Below are positions 58,907 to 64,000 of a stretch of 64,000 nucleotides of DNA, one piece after another (positions within the stretch are counted from its first letter, which is position 1; every line of letters starts with the position of its first letter). The translations under genes and the position numbers were made by a program. This DNA is from Actinomycetes bacterium. GTDB lineage: Bacteria > Actinomycetota > Aquicultoria > UBA3085 > Oleimmundimicrobiaceae. The notes beneath the pieces were generated by a model, which saw nothing but the letters and a program-made list of their open reading frames with translations, was not told where the DNA came from and made no database searches. Location: contig JAUWKI010000001.1 in NCBI GenBank assembly GCA_030614255.1, forward strand, positions 1,603-65,602. The letters run 5' to 3'.

Positions 58907-60938
58907 AATTTCCCAGGACACAGCTGAAGCAATTCTCTCTAACGCAGCAGATGGATTAGTTGCTTTTGACAGAGACAATAAAATTATTTTTATAAATCCT
59001 GTGGCAGAACAATTCCTGGGGGTTAAACGAGAAAAAATTATAGGTAAACTCGTCAGCATGTGTAATTTGCTGGGGGCCAAAGAGAAAAGTCAGAGCGAAG
59101 AGTTGTTGAAATGCTGGCAATATTTTGGGTGCAATCACAAAATATGCCCGATGCACAACAAAGAAGAGCCGTGTTGCTGGCTTTGCTCAGATACTTTTTG
59201 TAATGGCACCTTTAAAGGGAGTTTTAAAAAAAAGATTGATGACTGTAAAGAGTGCGAGTTATTTAAGTTAAATGAAAAAATATTGGAAGAAACAGGAATG
59301 CCCTCCGTTAAGCAAGTAATTGCCAGAAAATCTGGTCATAGAATCTTACAAATTAAAACGAACCCGGTATTTAGTAAAAAAGATGAGTTTTTAGGGTATG
59401 TTAAATCTCTGCATGATATAACCGCTGAAAAGAAGATCGACCAGTTGAAGACAGAGTTTGTCTCAACAGTTTCACATGAACTTCGAACCCCGCTTACATC
59501 TATTAAAGGTTATGTTGATCTTCTTTTAGAGCAAGAGGCCGGTAGTATTAATCAAACGCAAAGAGAATTTCTGCGCATCGTAAAACAGAATAACGACCGT
59601 CTCGTTACTTTAATTAATGATTTGTTGGATATTTCAAAAATTGAGTCAGGTCGAGTACATTTTAAGATCAAAACACAGAATCTCACCGAAATTTTGACTG
59701 AAGTTACTGATACTTTCAAGATGCTTGCAAATCAGAAAAAACAGATTTTCAAACTTGACATTTCAAATAACTTACCTGAAATTGCAGCGGACAGGGATCG
59801 TTTATCACAAGTTGTGGCCAATCTTGTAAGTAATGCGATAAAGTATACGCCAACCGGTGGCACCATAAAGGTTAGAGCGATGCAAAAAGATTCTCGAGTT
59901 GAAGTCCGTGTTACTGATAATGGCATGGGGATATCCCAAGAAGATCAAGACAGCCTCTTTACGAAGTTTTTTCGAGTCGATAGTTCTCTTACTCGTGAGG
60001 TTGGAGGAACCGGTTTGGGTTTATCCATTTGTAAGACCATAATTGAGTTACATGGTGGAAAAATTTGGGTAGATAGTGATTTTGGCAAGGGGAGCACATT
60101 CATTTTTTCAATTCCCATTTACAAAGTTATTGAAGAGGAAAAAATGAAAAGAATTCCTCGCGATCTTCTTAAAAAAGGTTTTAAGAAAGGTAAGAAAATT
60201 CTGGTAGTGGATGATGAACCAGAAATTGCAATGCTGCTTCAGATTTATCTTGAAAAAGAAGGGTATAATGTAGTGAAAGCATTTAGCGGGGAAGAAGCGT
60301 TAGAGGTTGTGAGAGACGAAAAGCCGGATCTAATTACTTTAGATATAATGATGGACAAGATGAATGGTTTCGAAGTCCTTCAGGAATTAAAGGACAGGTC
60401 GGATATGACCAATATTCCTGTTGTTGTTCTTTCAATTGTTTCAGATGAATACAGGGGGATAAAACTTGGAGCAGTAGACTATCTCACTAAACCAATCAAT
60501 GTAGAAAAGCTCTCTAAGACGGTAGGGGATATACTTCGGTATGCCGGAACATCAAAAAAGATTTTGATTGTAGATGACGATAAGGATCTCGTGCGATTGA
60601 TTCAAGAGATACTCACTGACAAAAATTACAATACGATTGTTGCGTATAATGGGTTGGAGGGAGTAATTGCCGCAAAAAAAGAGAATCCCGACCTCATCCT
60701 CTTAGATATAAAAATGCCTGAATTGAATGGTTATGAGGTCATACGGAAGTTAAAAGGGGCAGAAGAAACCTGTAAAATACCAATCGTCGTTATGACAGCT
60801 TATGAATTTGATAAAACACAGACTGAGACACTAAGCTTAGTTGAGGAGCAAATTTTGAAACCCTTTTCGATCGATATTATAGCCACAAAAGTCAGGGAGG
60901 TTTTTGAAGGAGGTCCGACAGAAAATGTCAAAGATTAA
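58899..60938 (+). CDS. Second hybrid histidine kinase, paralog of 56452-58473
   Basis: Same architecture; VSHELRTP H-box, NAIKY, GTGLGL, two REC domains. Confidence 0.93.
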   Translation: MSKISQDTAEAILSNAADGLVAFDRDNKIIFINPVAEQFLGVKREKIIGKLVSMCNLLGAKEKSQSEELLKCWQYFGCNHKICPMHNKEEPCCWLCSDTFCNGTFKGSFKKKIDDCKECELFKLNEKILEETGMPSVKQVIARKSGHRILQIKTNPVFSKKDEFLGYVKSLHDITAEKKIDQLKTEFVSTVSHELRTPLTSIKGYVDLLLEQEAGSINQTQREFLRIVKQNNDRLVTLINDLLDISKIESGRVHFKIKTQNLTEILTEVTDTFKMLANQKKQIFKLDISNNLPEIAADRDRLSQVVANLVSNAIKYTPTGGTIKVRAMQKDSRVEVRVTDNGMGISQEDQDSLFTKFFRVDSSLTREVGGTGLGLSICKTIIELHGGKIWVDSDFGKGSTFIFSIPIYKVIEEEKMKRIPRDLLKKGFKKGKKILVVDDEPEIAMLLQIYLEKEGYNVVKAFSGEEALEVVRDEKPDLITLDIMMDKMNGFEVLQELKDRSDMTNIPVVVLSIVSDEYRGIKLGAVDYLTKPINVEKLSKTVGDILRYAGTSKKILIVDDDKDLVRLIQEILTDKNYNTIVAYNGLEGVIAAKKENPDLILLDIKMPELNGYEVIRKLKGAEETCKIPIVVMTAYEFDKTQTETLSLVEEQILKPFSIDIIATKVREVFEGGPTENVKD

Positions 60939-61317
60939 AATTTTGGTTGCCGATGATGAGCCCGATATTTCCAAATTGATACAGTTTACCTTAGAGAGAA
61001 GAGGACATGAGATTATTTTGGCCGAAAATGGGCAAGATGCGTTGGATCTAGCAAAAAAAGAGTGCCCTGATTTGATTTTGCTTGACGTAATAATGCCGAT
61101 TATTAACGGATACGAAGTGTGTAAACTGTTAAGAGAAGACCCTAAAACAAAAAACATTCCAATAATTATGTTGTCGGGAAAAACGCAGAAAACAGAGATA
61201 GAGCACGGTATAGAGCTTGGAGCACATAGCTATATTTGTAAGCCGTTTAGCCCAAAGGAGTTCGCGGATACGGTTGAAAATATTTTAAACAAAGAAAAAA
61301 GACCTTTGGCCGAATGA
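60925..61317 (+). CDS. Single-domain response regulator
   Basis: ILVADDE, LLDVIMP, LSG and KPF motifs; ATG 60925 after AAGGAGG. Confidence 0.92.
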   Translation: MSKIKILVADDEPDISKLIQFTLERRGHEIILAENGQDALDLAKKECPDLILLDVIMPIINGYEVCKLLREDPKTKNIPIIMLSGKTQKTEIEHGIELGAHSYICKPFSPKEFADTVENILNKEKRPLAE

Positions 61318-61335
61318 GCCAATTCACGATAAGCA

Positions 61336-61378
61336 TTTAAAAAAAACAGCTCCCTATAAAAGAGCTGTTTTTTTTAAA
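61336..61378. terminator. Intrinsic terminator (bidirectional)
   Basis: TTTAAAAAAAACAGCTC-cctataaaa-GAGCTGTTTTTTTTAAA. Confidence 0.8.
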
Positions 61379-61508
61379 AAGTAGGGTTTTTTTAGTATTA
61401 ATTGAATATAAATAACTTAATGTTATTTTGATAAGAAAGAACGACTGGGAAAGCAAAGAAAGTAATCGATCGACGAAAGAAATAATTAACATTCAGAGGA
61501 AACCGGAA

Positions 61509-61961
61509 ATGATTAAAGACTGGATAGAAGTGTTGAGAAAAAATTTCACACGGATATTTCCATGGATTTTATTGGTAGTTGCTATAATTGTCACCTCATC
61601 TATAGTAATTAATTCATCCAGAGAGGATTCGAAAAACGCTCGAGAAATCGAGACTAAGATAGATGAAAAAGTGGTAGCTGAAGAAAATGTCGAGACAAGC
61701 GTTGATTCAACCAAAGAAACATCGCTTTCTGAAAACAAGACTGAAGACCAAAAGTATGTAGGTAAAATAAGAGTTCTTATAAATGGTTTAAATTTACGAG
61801 ATGCACCATCTGGGAACTCAAGTGTCATAAAACAACTCAAGCGAGATGACATCTTGTTTATAATTTCCGAAGAGAATGGATGGTATAAAGTAACCGACGA
61901 AAAAGAGACAGAGGGCTATGTGACATCCGGCTCTCAATATGTCGAACTAATTCAGGAATAA
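61509..61961 (+). CDS. Membrane-anchored protein with C-terminal bacterial SH3 domain
   Basis: TM segment (PWILLVVAIIV), low-complexity linker, LNLRDAPS...GWYKV....GYV; start 61428 or 61509. Confidence 0.85.
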   Translation: MIKDWIEVLRKNFTRIFPWILLVVAIIVTSSIVINSSREDSKNAREIETKIDEKVVAEENVETSVDSTKETSLSENKTEDQKYVGKIRVLINGLNLRDAPSGNSSVIKQLKRDDILFIISEENGWYKVTDEKETEGYVTSGSQYVELIQE

Positions 61962-61965
61962 GCAT

Positions 61966-62292
61966 ATGAAGTCATTTGGCAAGGCGAGTGAGTTTTATAG
62001 GGTTAAACTGGTAGCGCTTACCGAAAATCAACCTGAGGAATTTGACTGGAAAGACGATATTCTTTATAGAAATCAGCCAGATAGGTTTGACGTAGTTAAC
62101 AAGACAGAACATATGATTATTATAGTGGATATCGATACGGGCGAGAACTTTTATGTAAGGCCTTATAGCTCCAGGCCGAAAGCTCAAAAAAAATTCGACA
62201 TCATAGAAAAAAACTTAAAAGAATTAACTAAAATTCAATTTGATAAGAGATATCGTGCTCATAAAGAAGAACCGTTTGATCCTCATTCATAG
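61966..62292 (+). CDS. Hypothetical protein
   Basis: 108-aa ORF 4 nt after the SH3 gene; no recognised domain. Confidence 0.65.
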   Translation: MKSFGKASEFYRVKLVALTENQPEEFDWKDDILYRNQPDRFDVVNKTEHMIIIVDIDTGENFYVRPYSSRPKAQKKFDIIEKNLKELTKIQFDKRYRAHKEEPFDPHS

Positions 62293-62337
62293 TGTGGAAA
62301 TTAAGAATATAAAAAATAAATAATGGGATAATAGTTT

Positions 62338-62365
62338 AGTTTACATAAGATATATTATCAAGCCC
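62338..62365 (-). other. dif site (XerC/XerD chromosome dimer resolution site)
   Basis: Minus strand GGGCTTGATAA-TATATC-TTATGTAAACT: 11-6-11 layout, XerD arm matching the B. subtilis TTATGTAAACT; lies where gene orientation flips. Confidence 0.88.
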
Positions 62366-62703
62366 AAAATATTTAGATTGTATTTATATATTTCTCTCCC
62401 ATTAATCGCCCTCCTTTTACTTGATGACCCTTATTTCCCTTGTCTTATATTGGAAAGATTAGAAAACAGATATTTTTTTGTCATCAGGGTAATTATGGCC
62501 TTCAAAAATTTCTTGATAAGCATTAATCCTGGTCTGAAATCTCTAAAAATTAGCTTAAAAAGAAAAAACTCTTGCAGAAAACTCATTTTAACCTCATCTA
62601 GGTGGTCAAATGTTCTGAGAGCCCATATAAGCAACTTTTTTTAACAGCAAGTGGTTTTATATACCAAACATAGCTGATTTATTAAATAAGTTTGATTGAA
62701 ACA

Positions 62704-63726
62704 CTAAATAAGTGATTGCAGAGCTTCCAGTTGCTCTTTGGTCCCGATAACTATTAACACATCATCCTCAAGTATTTTCATTGAGGCCGAGGGATTTGTA
62801 TTATATGTTCCACTTCGCTTTATTGCTAAAATGAGGGCTCCGGTTTTACTTCTAATGTCTGCGTCTCCGAGAGTTGTATCTAATATTTTTGAATTTTGCT
62901 TTATCTTTAGTTCTTCTAACTGAAATTCCAGATCCTCACCATGGGTAACTATGTCCAAATAATCACAAGCTATCGGCTTAATCACTAGGGCTGCCATTCT
63001 TCTGCCACCAATTACGGCGGGAGATATTACCCTATCTGCTCCTGCTTTCTTTAATTTTTCCTTTGATTCCCCAGAATTTGCTCGAGCAACAATGAAAATC
63101 TCTGGATTGAGAGTTTTTGCAGATAATACAACGAAAATGTTGTCAGCATCTGTGTTAACCGCTGAAATTAAACCTTTAGCTTTAGTGATGCCAGCCAACT
63201 CCAATATCCTGTCATTTGTGGCATCACCTTCTACAAAAAACAGACTTTCCTCATCAAACCTGGCAATGATTTCAGGATCGTTTTCCACAATAACGAAAGG
63301 AGCTTTTGTTTTCTTGAATTCTTTGGCAACTTGACGGCCAACTCTTCCATAACCGCAGATGATATAATGTTTTTTTAAACCATCAATTTTCTTCCTCATT
63401 CTTCTCTCCCCCACTATCCCTTTAAGATGACCTTCAACTAAAAATTCAATAATGATACCCAACGCATATATTCCTGTTCCAACCCCACCGATTATCAAAC
63501 ACATGGTAAAAATTTTCCCAGTTGGAGAAAGCGCTCCGACTTCGCCAAATCCAACCGTCGAAATCGTAATAACTGTCATATAGAGGGATTCCAATACCGA
63601 CCATTCCTCTATTAACCTATAACCGATAACACCGGATATTAAGACTATAGAAAAAATAACTAAGGCTGACCTTAGTCTGGAGAGTATATTTAAATTATCG
63701 CTATACTTAAATTCCCGTACTCCCAA
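62704..63726 (-). CDS. Potassium channel protein (2-TM pore + TrkA-N/TrkA-C RCK domains)
   Basis: TISTVGFGE filter, ICGYGRVG, GDAT and GADRVISP motifs; start uncertain (TTG 63726 or 63756, overlapping dut). Confidence 0.92.
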   Translation of the reverse strand: MGVREFKYSDNLNILSRLRSALVIFSIVLISGVIGYRLIEEWSVLESLYMTVITISTVGFGEVGALSPTGKIFTMCLIIGGVGTGIYALGIIIEFLVEGHLKGIVGERRMRKKIDGLKKHYIICGYGRVGRQVAKEFKKTKAPFVIVENDPEIIARFDEESLFFVEGDATNDRILELAGITKAKGLISAVNTDADNIFVVLSAKTLNPEIFIVARANSGESKEKLKKAGADRVISPAVIGGRRMAALVIKPIACDYLDIVTHGEDLEFQLEELKIKQNSKILDTTLGDADIRSKTGALILAIKRSGTYNTNPSASMKILEDDVLIVIGTKEQLEALQSLI

Positions 63727-64000
63727 ACCCGCTGCTTCCCCTCGATGTGTTATCAAGCTCAGAAACTACCTTAAAAGAGGGAGTTTCTACCTTTTGTATC
63801 ACCAATTGACAAATCTTCTCTCCTCTTTTAATAGTAAATGTCTCTTTTTTATCAGTGTTGATGATGATTACACAAATTTCGCCTCTGTATTTTGAATCAA
63901 TTAAACCGGGAGTATTTACTATGCTAATTCCATGTTTGATTGCTAAACCGGAGCGTGGTTGAACGAATCCAGCATACCCCGTAGGTATTGAAAGAGCGAT
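63707..64000 (-). CDS. dut: dUTP diphosphatase (3' part; start beyond window; not in ORF track)
   Basis: Minus frame from 64000: ...QPRSGLA.KHGI...N.PGLIDS.YRGEI...QLV...RGSSGFGSTG*. Confidence 0.95.
   Translation of the reverse strand: MALSIPTGYAGFVQPRSGLAIKHGISIVNTPGLIDSKYRGEICVIIINTDKKETFTIKRGEKICQLVIQKVETPSFKVVSELDNTSRGSSGFGSTGI

Noticed and set aside
156..63334. Numerous 60-190 aa antisense or alternate-frame ORFs in the track (e.g. 5985-6554, 16966-17451, 24961-25497, 37224-37472)
   Set aside because: They are shadows of well-supported genes or riboswitches, with no recognisable motifs.

Overview
Low-GC (roughly 35-40%, by eye) core-chromosome window, almost entirely on the + strand up to about 62.3 kb. 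Gene content and order (Asp23-DAK2-DegV-recG-rsmD-coaD-SepIVA-like-DUF177-rpmF; yraN-comM-dprA-xerC-whiG; metK...priA-def-fmt-rsmB-rpe-rib) suggest an anaerobic, deep-branching Actinomycetota lineage (inference). It contains: thiamine genes with a sulfide-type Thi4; a fatty-acid synthesis (FASII) operon with an acyl-CoA dehydrogenase plus ferredoxin-fused ETF inserted between fabH and fabD, a FabX/FabK-like Fe-S flavoprotein, and no fabI or fabZ in the window; rnc-smc-ftsY-ffh-rpsP-rimM-trmD-rplS; a WhiG-type sigma; a SAM-I riboswitch before metK and an MTA deaminase/MTI phosphorylase pair; a variant FMN riboswitch before the rib operon; an ECF sigma/anti-sigma pair; two unannotated structured RNA candidates flanking an FmdB gene, one behind a sigma28/WhiG-type promoter; and a duplicated hybrid-kinase/receiver cassette with a 7-Cys insert in the PAS region. 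A dif site at 62338-62365 falls where gene orientation flips, marking the likely replication terminus. The best candidate for an undescribed system is the ACAD/ETF module inside the fab operon, hypothesised to be an electron-bifurcating enoyl-ACP reductase. No CRISPR array, rRNA, tRNA or intact mobile element was seen. All calls are by eye; no searches were run.
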